A DNA stretch of 64,000 bases from Cenococcum geophilum (lineage: Eukaryota): positions 3,534,001 through 3,598,000 of the forward strand of contig CP158636.1 in assembly GCA_050273025.1 (NCBI GenBank), in the 5' to 3' direction. Below the pieces are notes generated by a model that saw only the letters and a program-made list of their open reading frames with translations, made no database searches and had not been told where the DNA came from. The position numbers and the translations under genes were made by a program. Below are positions 13,285 to 25,231 of this stretch, piece by piece. The number at the start of each line of letters is the position of its first letter. Position 1 is the stretch's first letter.

Positions 13285-13647
13285 ATGACTGTAGGTTTCC
13301 GCCCTTCCTCCATTAACCAGCTGCTGACTACATAGGAAAATCCCCCACCAGAGTCCTCCCCTAAACCACCGCCACCTATCCACTTTATACGCGTTCTTGA
13401 CGTCAAGGACAAGCCAGTAAAGGACCAGCTTAAGGTTATAAGGGAGGACGTGCAGTATACGTTAAATAAGATGTATCAAGTGCTACAGGTTATTAAACGG
13501 TTCAGTTAGCGGTTATTTAGCATAGAGGATCAATTAAAGGCGGTAGAGAAGGACTTAAAGGAGGCTAAGCAGGACGCTGCACTAAAGGCTCAATTAGCTT
13601 TAGAGTCTTAATATTAGGGGCGTAAGGAAGTAGAGGGCTTAAAATAG
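13285..13647 (+). pseudogene. Second (accessory) ORF inside the piggyBac-like element: Pro-rich linker plus predicted coiled coil
   Basis: MTVGFRPSSINQLLTT*ENPPPESSPKPPPPIHFIRVLDVKDKPVKDQLKVIREDVQYTLNKMYQVLQVIKRFS*RLFSIEDQLKAVEKDLKEAKQDAALKAQLALES. Its stops are TAG/TAA, consistent with RIP of CAG/CAA. Confidence 0.55.
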
Positions 13648-13749
13648 TTACCTAGTTGTCGCCTATTAAATAAAAGTTGTTAAAGCACTAAAGGCACAGA
13701 GGAAGCCTACAAGCCTCGCATTTATATATTATTTGCCTAACCTTTACTA

Positions 13750-16700
13750 TAAGCTTCTTTGCCTCCTTCTATCTATATATCTAGCACTTTAGTGGGCTTT
13801 TATAGCCTTACTTCCTTATAAAGCTTTTAATAGAACGGTAAGTTCGCGTCTTATACCATCAAATTACAGGTAGTGGGGTTTTAGCAGTAATATAGGTGGT
13901 TTTTTAATTTATTTTATTTTTATAACTAGGCCTAATACCAGGTTAATATTGCCTATATTTTAGTAAGCTTTAATAAAAAAGACGCTTAGTATCGTACTTA
14001 TTTAGGCCCATTTTTTAACTGCCCATAATAATAAGGTTCCATACCAATTATATACGGAAATGGTAGTGGGTTTGGAGGTACTTCCTTAATATTAGAAAGA
14101 TCTTCTTACTAATAATATAGGCGTTAATTATAGCCGTATTAAGCGCCTAGAAGAATAAGGGCAGCTAGGTGCGCACGGTAGTAATCTAGGTGGTATAGTA
14201 GCTTTAAAGCTAATTATAAATATTAACGCCGCCTATTTAGTTATTGTAGTCAATAGAGAGCCTAGGTAGCGTTAACTTCTTAATTAGATTATCGCCCTAA
14301 ACATTAGCTACCAGCTTCTTAAGGAAGGAATTATATGCCCGCGGCCGACGTTAATTAACTTTATTAATGTCCTTATCCACATAGGGCCCATGCTTCTAGA
14401 GGTCACGCCTACTATACACAGCAGTTGTCTGGCCAACTATGACGTATAGGTCCAGTATTTGGGCCATTGGAGAATCTGAGAAAGGCCCCCCTAAGTCGCT
14501 CCTTAAACCACTCTAAAAGGTCCAAATAGCCTACCTCTGGAGTATAATAGGCGGATATAAGCGAACGGCTACAGCACTGCTTGAAAAGGAAGCCAATATT
14601 CCCCCCCTACAACTATATATTAAAGCCGCTGCAATATAAAGGGCCTAAAATAAACGCAACTCTAATGTTATAAAGTATATTAAGACACGCCTAAATAAAC
14701 TATAGAGGGACCTTAGGGCGCCCTATAGGAGAATAAACTAACAACCCCAAAGTAGGGAAGATATATTAGAGAAATAGGTAAAGAAAGCAGAAGAAGAATG
14801 GTGCTGCTTTAGGGCCTAGGCCCATATAAAGAAGGAAGGGAGACGCGTAAGAGGCCAGTAAAGATAATAGCAAGAGAGAGAAAGGAGCCAAAGTAGAGCA
14901 TAAAAGAACGCTAGGAAACTATCTACCGTAATATAATACTGGTTAGACTAATGCTAGAGAGGTATATAGAAGTTAAAGGTATAGAGGCTGACTAAGGCAA
15001 GAGGAACCTAAGCTGTAGCATAGTTAACGCTATAGGGGGTAAATACTTTAGGGCTCTAAGAAGGCCTAACGAAGGCAGAAAATATAATAGCGATACTCTT
15101 AAGAATAGGAATAATAGGACTAAAAGACTGGCTCTACTGGGTAGGTGTCCTAGTAGGTAGCCTAAGATGCGAATATAGCTGGCTAAAACAGACACTAAAA
15201 TATGTAATACTATTATGCCCCTTACGCACTAACTAAAAAGTAATGCTTTTAGTAGCTGGCATAGAGAACTATAATACACTGCTCTTAATATAAAAAGGCC
15301 TTAAGACGGTTACCTAGTGGCTTATTAGCTAAAATGTACTAAACCAGTTCCGGGTTGCAAGGGAAATAGTAATAAAGGGTGGGGGGGCGAGCAACGGGCG
15401 CCCCCTGGTGACTCTATAGTAGTAGAGTAAAGTTTACGATACTAGCGCGTCCGTAGGCTTATTACGGCAGCAGTGGTTCCTAAGGAGGTTAAAAAAGTAA
15501 GGTAGTAGGAGCACTATAGGTGACTCGTAGGCGCCTCGCAGGCGCCTTGTAGGCGAGTCCTAAAAGGCGGGGAGATGGATTACGGGGTTTTCTTAAATGG
15601 AGTTTTCTCCCTATATATACATAAGGAGTAGTCCGCGTAGGCCTAATAGGGATCTAAATCGGACGTTAAGCAATAAATTATTATTATTATTATTAATGTC
15701 CTTATTGCTATATAAGTAAACTATTATTAAAAACCGTACTAAATTCTTGTCCTACTATATAATTAAAAGCACCGAATTAACTACGCTAATAACCACTTCT
15801 ATAATAAAGTTAAACGGTAGCCTTTCCTTCTTTTTATTAGCCCTTTTATGTACCTCTAGATAGTCCTTTAAATTTAATTGAGCCGTGCTAGCTGTAGTAA
15901 TTCTAAGTTGTTAAAGCACCTGGAGCAACGGAATATTTATAAAGTAGTTATCTAAAAATAGGCAAAATTAACGAGCCTAAAGAGGAAGCTATTAAGTAAG
16001 GTAGAGGACACACTTAGAGGTATTTAAGAGAACGATATCTTAATAATCTGTTTAAGAAGAAAGCCTAAAAAAGTAGCCAGGCGAGGTAAATATAAAGCTA
16101 TAGTAATATCCATATTAACAAAGGCTTATTATCTTAAAGCCCTCTAGTATTAGCTTACTAGGCAATTTAATTATAGCTATAGATTGTCTAGTAAACCTTA
16201 CCATTATCTTATTAAAGCTAACTATAGATCTAGGTATAATATACTTTCTAAACGCCTCGCCTAAAGGAGTTATTAATGGCTTAATTTTCTTAAAGACCTA
16301 ATATTTAACGCCCTTTAGTGGAGGTAGTAAAATATAAAAGAAGCGCTTAAGTTGCTCCCATCTTTTTAGGCCTATAAATAAGCTAATTAAGTGTCTAGGA
16401 TATTTAGGATCTATGGTCTAAAGGTCTAATACCTAAGTACCTTTAAAGACGCCTATATAGATAATAACCTTTACCTAAATTATTAATTTGCCAGCAGAGG
16501 TCTCCTTCTATACCCGTAATCGTTTACCCGCATATTGTCCCGATTGGTAATATCCGCCGGCATTTTAAGAGGCTATATATAGGTTTATACTGATCGCGAG
16601 CTTCTTAAATATACTAACACTAAAGAATAGTAGAAATACTCGAATCGGCAGGTCCTATCTAAATCTATATCCGCCAGACGCTATACCAATCTAATCTGCC

Positions 16701-17197
16701 AGCGTATAATAAGCATAGCGTTTACTATCCTCATTTTAATTAGAAAGGTCATTAGATTTAACGTCCGCGTTAATGCCACTAATAGGCTTACTAGTACGCC
16801 GAGCGGCGAATATTAATTTATCTAGAAGGTTAATAACTTTAAGATCTAGTTCAGGAACAGTGGCCATAGGCTCCCATGAAGTAGGAACAGCAGGAAGGCC
16901 CATTCTTATAACTTCTTCAGCTAACAGCTCTGGTAGTTTAGTCTCATCTACCTTATCTGCCTTATCCTCAGCAGTCTCGCCACGGGCCTCAAAAGAGGCT
17001 CCTAACTCGTCCTTAATATCCTCCGTCTAGCTGCTTGGCCAAGCTTCCACTGCCTACTACGTAGCTACTGCCGACACGCTATCGTGTGTATACTGCGTTA
17101 CTTAAAAGGATTGTGAATAGGACTCCTAGGCTTAAGGTACTTTTAGAGGCTTTGGAGGCTTCAGGGCCGAAGGAGTATAACGTTTTTTAGGCGGCAT
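13750..17197 (-). pseudogene. piggyBac-family (DDE_Tnp_1_7-like) transposase, split by a LINE insertion
   Basis: ATG at 17197 (MPPKKR), FLDNYFI at ~15950, and C-terminal IDYNN*IGGVN...LPLFF*ALNTAIINAY at ~14120-14255, the piggyBac YN..MGGVD motif. Confidence 0.85.
14377..15689 (+). mobile_element. 5'-truncated Tad-type LINE, (TTA)n tail, 16-bp TSD
   Basis: Reverse complement of the 3' end of the LINE at 40507-41810. TSD TTATTAATGTCCTTAT at 14361-14376 and 15690-15705. Confidence 0.92.
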
Positions 17198-17458
17198 AAG
17201 GACAATATTTTACTGACAATTTAATAATCAAATAGACGGCGACAATATTTTAGATTAACTACACCAAATATTATAGGCTTCCTGGCCACGTCGGTGCTGT
17301 TCACCGCAATATTCAAGCGTCAATGAGGCGCCAGCGCCCTTGCTACCGCACTGACCAGAGGCTTCAACACCAAGCTCTATATAGTATAGAGCCTCTAGAT
17401 TGGCTTATGAGGCGTGCATATACGAAAAGTCCATGAAAACTTGCCAGACGAAGGGATA

Positions 17459-17850
17459 AAATTCTATTATAAGGTTGGTGAGGAAAACCGTGCATTGAGT
17501 GGGACCGTGCACGCAGGGAACCCGTGCGAAAAACCTTAGGTATTTAAAGGAACGCACAGGCACGCGTAACAGCCCCCTCTTGAAGCGCGCGCCTTGGCCC
17601 GCTCGCCCCCGCGGTGGGAACTGTGGCTTGTCCGCGGAAACACAGTACAGTAAAATCTCTTTAGTACGGTACCGTTTATTTGGCCGAGCGTGTCGTAATA
17701 TCAATGGTATTGTTATCCCTTCGGCTGGTAGCGTCCTACGAGAGTTGGTCCGTGCGCGAACACCAGAATCAAAAATACGCGTATGGTCACGGAGCCTTGA
17801 TCCCATTGACTCTATTGGCTAGCTCTTATCGATCGATAACCGTAGGACTA
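17459..17850 (-). mobile_element. Probable LTR-retrotransposon 3' end remnant (PPT plus LTR start), interrupted by the piggyBac-like element
   Basis: The minus strand reads CTTCAAGAGGGGGC|TGTTACGCG (PPT then TGT) at ~17585-17563, followed by TTTAAATA. No coding domain was recognised. Confidence 0.4.
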
Positions 17851-18475
17851 AATCTACCAGCCGAAGGGATATTAAGAGTCATGTGTTGGGTGAATAAGTA
17901 GGGAAAAAAGGAGCCTAATACCTAAAAAGGCTTAGGATGTCTACCTCGCGGGCTAAATAGGGCCCTCTCCCATACAAATTCTCTACTGGTTATACCGATA
18001 TTAGTGGTAGGTGCTTAACGATATTGCCGAAAGTTAGGTCGTCGTAATATTACACCGAAAAAGGCTTGATCAAGGAGTGTAGATCGTAATGTAGAGGTTA
18101 TCGTTATACACCCCATTATTAAGGAGATTTTACTTTAGCAGGGTTTACGACCAACCAATGAAGTTAGATCGAGGTTTCAAGCAACGCTCCGAGATTACGT
18201 CTCCACCGTGTCCGCTGTTTCCACTAGCCACCGGCAAAACTTTCCCTGTACGCCCGGCGTCTACAAAAAGCCGTCCTGCATCAAAGCAGCGCAGAAGAGA
18301 CGGGCAATGTCAGAAGTGGTGATTGCGGCACAGCAGCAGACTGTTGCTCGCCCGGAGTACAATACAAAGATGGGAACTGAACAAACCACCCCCAAATCAC
18401 TCCTTGTCTCTACTCCATTGCTTGTGTTTGTACAACCTCTACTTCATCAAGCTTATTTCCCGTCAGTTCTGTACT

Positions 18476-19519
18476 ATGTTGCCGCTCCTTGCTCCATTAC
18501 TCAGCATTCCGCTTGTCTCTGCACAAAAGACATGCTATTTCCCTAATGGGCTGCCAGCAAAAGATCTCCAAGGAATCGACAATTGGATCCCGTGCGATCC
18601 TAATGCAGAGCACAGCTCGTGCTGCCTAGTCTACGATCAGTGCCTCACCAATGGTCTCTGCAAGCAGCCTCACCAGTGGAATTGGGTCTGGCGTGACGCC
18701 TGTACAGATCCTACATTTCAAGATCCCTCCTGTCCTAGATTCTGTTTCACTAGTAAAGGTCAGAACGGCTCTCCCGCGATTCCCTCTTAGGGTCAAGTTA
18801 ACAGGCGCCCAGGCGATAATGGAACCGCTCGTTTAGCATTTATGTGCGACGACGCCAATACTTACTGCTGTAGCACGGGGCCGACCGGTTCATATGATCG
18901 GGCACCTAATGATACCTGCTGCAGCATTCCGGAGTTAGTTTTCAAAGCAGAGAGCGCCTATCCCTTTACCAGTCTCAGTGTCAACCCCTCATCTACGCTG
19001 ACAGTCTTATCAGGCTCATCAAGCGGGCCAGCCTCAGCGACCGCCACCACAACAGACAACCCCAACACCGCTTCAGCCTCCAACACCACTTCAGCCTCCA
19101 ACCCGAGTTCCTCACATCATTCCAATACTTATTCTATAGCTATTGGTGTTGTTGCCGCTATAGCAACGGTATCTCTCGCAGCGCTTTGCTATATGCTTTG
19201 GAAGATTCGTCGCCAAAAAGCACAAGTTGCCGCTGCCGCACAGCCCCAAGAGTCCTACCAAGAACACCCGAAAGCTATCCCCGAATTGGAGGCGAAAAAT
19301 GACAATACTCCCCTCTCGCCACGGGAGATGAATACCACATATGAGGCCCAGGAGTTGTATGGAGACGTCGTCAACCCCGTAGCATCCGTGGAGTCGCTAA
19401 AGCAGACTTTAGATGTTCACGAAGTAGACAAAAGGGCGCTCAAGAATACGTTGGAGATTGATGATCAATCTCTCAAAGCAGAGATGCCTAATGTTCGCTC
19501 TCCTAGGAAGCCAAGATAG
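18476..19519 (+). CDS. Type I membrane protein: signal peptide, Cys-rich ectodomain (CYFPNG...CC...C.TNGLC...ACTDP), Ser/Thr linker, single TM, PELEA-type tail
   Basis: Exons 18476-18752 and 18813-19519 join in frame at a GT-AG intron; TM segment SIAIGVVAAIATVSLAALCYMLW followed by KIRRQK. Confidence 0.85.
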
Positions 19520-21284
19520 ACTTGATAGATCATTGGGTTAGCGATTAGGAATGTCCATCGGCCGGCCATGGCGTTTTAAATGCTGCTCCTCGACGTTAAA
19601 GGGGATTGAGAGAGAGGCTGGTCGCAGCACATAGTCGCGAAATACTTTAGTTTTAGATACTCGAAAACATGCGAGATATAAGGTGCAGTGTACATAGATT
19701 GCCTAAATGGTTCATTCTAATCGGTTAATCTTTATCGATGAGTTAATCTATACTTGAGAGTGCTTCGCGGGCCATCTTGGTGGTAGGTGGGGGTAGGTTG
19801 GTGTGTGTGTGGTGTGTCATGGCACTGCTATGGACAGAATTGCTTGAAGAAGTCATATGGCTCCTAAGATTAGAGGAGTCAATATTACGGTGTACCAATC
19901 AAATAGAAAGATCACTAATCAGTCACAAACATAACTCGTTCCAAGTCACCATTAAAGCACCTTACAGAAGGAGGTGGACACGAGCAATCTCAAGGCTCAA
20001 CCCATTCTTCTCAGCATAAATAGCGTTCAATGACTCGTCCAGTACTGCTTGATAGCTAGTCCGTCAAGCACGCAGAGGTGCTTAGTTCGAACACTGCGCA
20101 TCCAGCTCTTGCAATGACGTCTCTCGTCCCTCATGTTGATCGACCAGCATAGATTCTCACGATTCTGAGCCACCCAATGTAGTTTGATCCTCACCCCGTT
20201 CAATAGCAAACTCCGATTCATTCGAGGCGCCGCTACTGGTACAGAGGCGATATGGGGGGGGGAACTTAACTGATCCCTCGCGGGAGCCGCCAGGATAAGG
20301 TCTCCGAACGACGCAAGGGCCAGGTGCCTTGACAAGCTACCCAGCTAGGGCAGCATGCTCCCGATCAAGGTTGTTTTAGCTCTTGGTGCGAGTCTAACTA
20401 GACACGCACGCTCCAGCTTTAACTTTGATGGAGATTTCAGAACATGAGCGGACACTTTTCCTCATTGAATTTTAGCATTTCCTCTCGTTAAATAAGCTTC
20501 ATTTCTGATCCACCACAAAGCTATGCGCGATATCACGAGACGTGACAGAAGATATTTCTGATACGTACGTCGGGATTTCTTAGGATCTGGCCCCTGGCCC
20601 CCTCAACTGTCATCTGATGGTTTCACAGTAGAGACACCTGAATTGAGCTTCAGCTGGTCGTCCTGCTAATGGTGTCTTAAAAGAGGTTGTGCATCAACGA
20701 CACAACGTTTCTCAGAACACCCGGACTAGAAAGAATATACGAAAGGTATTTTCCCTCAGACCTACGATGACGAGCTGGTAGACTACATGGCTCTCACACG
20801 GTGGCAGCTTCCCTAGCACTCGTGCCAGTCCCAAATGCCGCCACTACTAGTCCACGTCGTGTCCTGGTGACAATGCGTTGCAATTCCAGCCGCTATCCAC
20901 CTCACGAGGCCCCGGGCCCGTCTGCCGTCTCCATTGTAGCATCGACCATACCATCTATACCTCTGTTATAATCCTCTTGCAACAGATATCCAGCATCGCT
21001 CAGTCCCTTCAGGACGGCCTCAACCCAGGTCTGGCAGTTGAACTCTCGATTGGAATTGTCAGGAGGAGTTTAAAAAATAAGAGCAACGAACTGAGATTGT
21101 AACATAGGGGTTCGAAGCCACCCGACCGGAACATCCTTTGCGAAGCTCGCGCTTGTGGTGGGATTGTAATTATTCCTATCCTGTATTTGAAAAGCCCCCG
21201 GCCCTCCGACTACTCACACCACCATGGCTTCTCATTTATCCACTGCTCATACCACCTAGTTTCGTCGCCACATGTCACCGTCCT

Positions 21285-22768
21285 ATGGACCTGCTCAGCG
21301 TTACGGCCAGCATCATCGCTATCCTGCAGCTCACGAGCAAAGTGACCGAGTATCTAAACGCCGCTAAAGACGCCCCGAAAGAGCGCGAACAATGTGCAAT
21401 CGAAGCATTGAATCCCCTCTCTTCTTTTCAAACTGAAGGGCCGTGATGAAGAAGGAAGCTCCAACGAGCAATGGTATGCGACAGTCCGGGAACTCGGTGT
21501 CCAAAATGGACCGCTCGATCAGTACAAGCATGCACCGGAGAAGCTGCAAGGCTAAGGGAACAAACGAAGGTGGAATGAAGAAGATTGTCCATATTCTTCT
21601 ATGGAAGTTTATCAAAGAGGAAGTTACAGGCATAAGGGCGAGGATGGAACGCCTAAAACCTCTCATGCAGATTGCCCTGGAATTGGACCACTTGTCAGGC
21701 CCCTATCAGATACCGAAGGTGAAATTGCTCACACTCTCAGCAAACCGTCTCAAGCGATCATGAATGATACCAGCTTTGTTAGGAAGTCGATACCCGCTCT
21801 AGAAATGGGCGTCGATGCAATTCAGCAAGATCAAGACCGTCACCGGCACGACAAAATCTTAGAATGGATATCTCCGACCGATTTCCCAGCTCAGCAATCC
21901 GATTTCATTGCCCGGAAACAAGAAGGAACTAGTCTGTGGTTCCTCAACTCTCCCAAGTTTACTAAATGGTTTCGTGGAAAGAAGCAGACTCTGTCCCGTC
22001 CCGGCATCCCGGAGCAGGCAAGACAATGATGGCCGCAATCACGATTGATCACCTTTTAAGGACCAAGCAAAGCAACACCATAGGGGTGGTCTATATATTG
22101 TGCAACTACAAACGTATGCAGATCAAAACACCATTAGTCTACTTGCCGCCATCCTAAAGCAGCTGGTGCAGGCCCGGCCATCCATCGCGGAGCCCATATC
22201 ACACCCGCATGACAACTATACCAACCGAAGGACGAGGCCGTTGCTCGAAGAGATTTTCCGTGTTCTGCAATTCGTACTTAACCATTACCCGAGCGTATAC
22301 GTTATTGATGCTGTAGATGAGTGTCCGGATAAAGGCGGCACCTACAGTCAGCTTCTGGCCAAGCTCCGTGACTTACAATGTAAAAGAGATCTGCGTCTAA
22401 TGGTTACTTCCCGCTTCATTCTAGACATAGTAGCCGAGTTCAAGCTGGTGCCGATGCTGGAGGTTCGAGCAAGTGACGCGGACGTGGAGTAGTTCGTGGG
22501 GGCCCAGATGTACCGGCTCCCCAAATGCGTCCAACGCGATGACGAGCTGCAAGTATTTGTGCAGGATAAAGTTGTTGGGGCAGTAGAGGGCATGTCAGTA
22601 TTTCGCGTCCATGTTATCACTGCTAGCTCACGACTCTCTCAAGTTTCTTCTCGCCCGTCTCGCTTCTTGACGGGAGAACCAAGACCAAAGGTCCAGTTAG
22701 CGTTGGAGGATCTTTCTAAAGGCTCCAAAGCGCTCAATGAGATTAAAAATATGATTGAGCAGAAGTGA
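21285..22768 (+). pseudogene. Fungal NLR-like NACHT protein pseudogene (helical N-terminal domain plus NACHT; no C-terminal repeats)
   Basis: N-terminus MDLLSVTASIIAILQLT; ILEWISPTDFPAQQSDF; Walker A GIPGAGKT broken by a frameshift at ~22008; Walker B VIDAVDEC; LMVTSR. Several frameshifts and a stop at 22490. Confidence 0.88.
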
Positions 22769-22807
22769 GAGGTGCTCGTGGTGTACTCGCTCTCCTGCCA
22801 TTAACCT

Positions 22808-24621
22808 TCATTCTCCCCCCCGTACCATCCGCGCCTTACGCCAGCGAGGCCCAGACTTCTGTAGCACGAGGAGTATTGGCGTTAGCAGAAGAAGCACCAA
22901 AGCCACAAATGTGAAGCACCACCCACGGCCCATGCCATCGATCATCAGGATAATAAGCGCGCCACCTGCGCCACCCATCCAACAGCGCACAAGGTTGTTC
23001 GAGGCAGTAGCGGTCGCGGGGTTCGTGGGATCTGTTTTTGATATCACTTGTTAGTTTCTCTTTCTCGTGAAGTATAGCGTAGAAACAGAAAACTACGCAC
23101 GATAGTCCACAATCATGACATTCATGACCTGAAAGCAACCCGTAACGCTCAAACCAATAACAAATTGCAGCACGAGCGCGGCCGCCAGCGGCCCGTCTAT
23201 CTCTAAAACCCACCCGTAGCATATCAGAGCTGCAGCGCCGATGACGGCCATCGGCAGTGCGATTGGCACACGGGCGCGCTCTACCGGGAAGTCCGTCATG
23301 CTCTGCGCTCGCTGCCTGTCCACGGTAATACCGGCTTGTGCTGCAACGCGTCGGAAATTCCAGTCGAGAAGGGGCCCGTTTAGTAGCGGTGCTAGGAAGC
23401 TTGCCATGCCGAATGGTATGTAGCAAAGTCCGATCTGGAGGTCATTGAAGTGGTAGACTTGGCCGAAGAGGTAGGGAGTTGATGCAATGATGGTATTGAA
23501 CGTTGTATAGACGATGGCGTTATAGAATAAGAGCAGGGCTACATCCTTTTGGGCGATTAATTTGAGACTGTTGAGAGGGTTTGGAAAGTGTCGACGGTGA
23601 TTCTGTGTGAAGGGAGAGGTGCTGGAAGAATCTCGTTTGAGTGAAGTTTGGAGTTGAGGGATCGTGTCATTTTTGATTTTGATTTTGTATCGGGTGGTGA
23701 GGTCCGAGAGGAGAGGTTTATTCCATTCTTTTCATGACTACATCAGCAGCTACATAAATTACAAGGAGATGTGAGTTTTATAAGGGAAGTTCAAGACATA
23801 CTCTGAGGCGTAATGCTTCCATTCCCAACAATATTCCTTCCAGTCTCAGGGAAAGCAAGCACTAGCGGGACCATATAAACCCCAACGAGGATGGCTAAGA
23901 ACCAGAAAATGCTCCTCCAGCCTAGAAAGTGCGAAAGTAGACCCCCTAACACAGGCCCTACTGCAGTTCCCATCGCTGTCCCTGAAGTAACCAAGCCCAT
24001 GTACTTACCTCTCTCAGAATGCGTCGACACATCAGCGGCGACGCTCACTGAGATAGCCACTGTGCTGCTCGTGCCTGCGCTCTGCAAACACCGCAGCACA
24101 AGCAGTGCCGCGAATGAATTCTGTAGCGCAAGGCCTATACAGGCGCCAATGTATACAACAAACCCGATGATAAACACCGGTCGCCGTCCGATTGTGTCCG
24201 CTAGGTCCCCGAATACGGTCGGTGCGAGCCCTTGGAAGATCATGTACGTCGTCAGAGTCAAGTTGATGCTGGAGCTGGATACTTTCAGGTCCCGGGAGAG
24301 CACATTGAGCGCGGGAAAGTAAATTGTTGCTGAAAGCGGGGAGATCAGGCCTGCGAAGGCTGCTATGAAGATGATAAAGCGCACTTCACCCTTACTAAAG
24401 ACTGTATAGAGCGGAGCGGACTCTGAAGGAGAGTCTGTAGGTGCAGTTCGGGGCTCGTTTTCCATGTTTTGTTCCTGCCCCTTCTCTTTATGTTCACTAT
24501 TCGTTATTCCGTTCTTCGTCGCTGAAATTGTTTTTGTTTGTGTTTCGGCAATTTCTTCTTTTGGTTCTGACGTGACTGCCTTAGAGATAGAGGCCTGTTT
24601 AAATCCACTCGGCTCAGACAT
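22808..24621 (-). CDS. MFS drug:H+ antiporter (DHA1/QDR-like), 3 exons
   Basis: Exons 24621-23802, 23727-23101 and 23031-22808 join in frame. Motifs SPLSATIYFPAL, GDLADTIGRRP (motif A), GPVLGG...GWRSIFW, FPETGR, ATATASNNLVRC. Confidence 0.92.
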
Positions 24622-24701
24622 ATTGCGTTTTCCTTTTGAGATTGGAAGGGACAGAAAAGTCCATGAAGCACAGAGGATCAAGTTTCGGTTCCGAAATGCA
24701 T

Positions 24702-25024
24702 CCTTGGAGAACTGTGCCTCTTCAATTTCACTTTACTCAGATATTCGGGGGTTTATCCCTTTAAAGTCGAGTAAAATGGAAAGGTGCATGTGCGCGTGCT
24801 GTAGGACCGTGCATGCTAACACAGACCCATTCATGGACCTTGCATGTAAGCTTGTACCAGAAACTGGCTTTTGCACGGCTCGCGCACGTCCTACAAGCCT
24901 GCTTGGTTTGCTTGTCAGCAAGTCTGGTCAGTGACCCTTGAAGAACTGTGCCTCTTCAATTTCACTTTACTCAGATGTTCAGCGTTTTATCCCTTTAAGG
25001 TTAAACAAAGCGGAAAGGTGTATG
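24702..25024. repeat. Imperfect ~89-bp direct duplication (24702-24790 / 24936-25024) upstream of the MFS gene
   Basis: ccttg(g/a)agaactgtgcctcttcaatttcactttactcagat...ttatcccttta...ggaaaggtg present twice. Confidence 0.85.
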
Positions 25025-25037
25025 AGCAATACTGTGA

Positions 25038-25231
25038 GCTAGGCAATCCTACAAGCTATAAGCTAGGTAATTCTGCAAGCTAGGCAATCTTACAAGCTAT
25101 AAGTTAGGTAATTCTGTAAGCTAGGCAATCTTACAAGCTATAAGTTAGGTAATTCTATAAGCTAGGCAATTCTATAAGCTAGGCAATCTTACGAGCTAGG
25201 TAACCCTATAAGCTAGGCAATCCTACGAGCT
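25038..25231. repeat. Degenerate tandem array of AGCTAGGCAATCCTACA / AGCTATA units
   Basis: About 9-10 copies of agctagg(c/t)aat(c/t)(c/t)ta(c/t)a with interspersed agctata. Confidence 0.85.

Larger units (their letters stand above)
13061..17456 (-). mobile_element. piggyBac-like DNA transposon (~3.1 kb without the nested LINE), RIP-inactivated
   Basis: TIR TCCCTTCGTCTGG(T/C)AA plus subterminal inverted GGACTTTTCGTAT at both ends; encodes a piggyBac-type transposase. Confidence 0.85.

Noticed and set aside
17405..17901. Overlapping 133/107/73-aa ORFs
   Set aside because: No protein motifs; they span a TE end and a probable LTR remnant
19600..21280. Short ORFs (19777, 20027, 20878) as genes
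   Set aside because: No recognisable domains or coherent splice structure; treated as intergenic
9500..25030. Starship-like giant element (cargo-type genes: NLR, kinase-like, MFS, GT90)
   Set aside because: No DUF3435 tyrosine-recombinase captain and no recognisable boundary repeats in the window
25038..25231. CRISPR-like array
   Set aside because: Eukaryotic DNA; the units are tandem with no unique spacers and no cas genes
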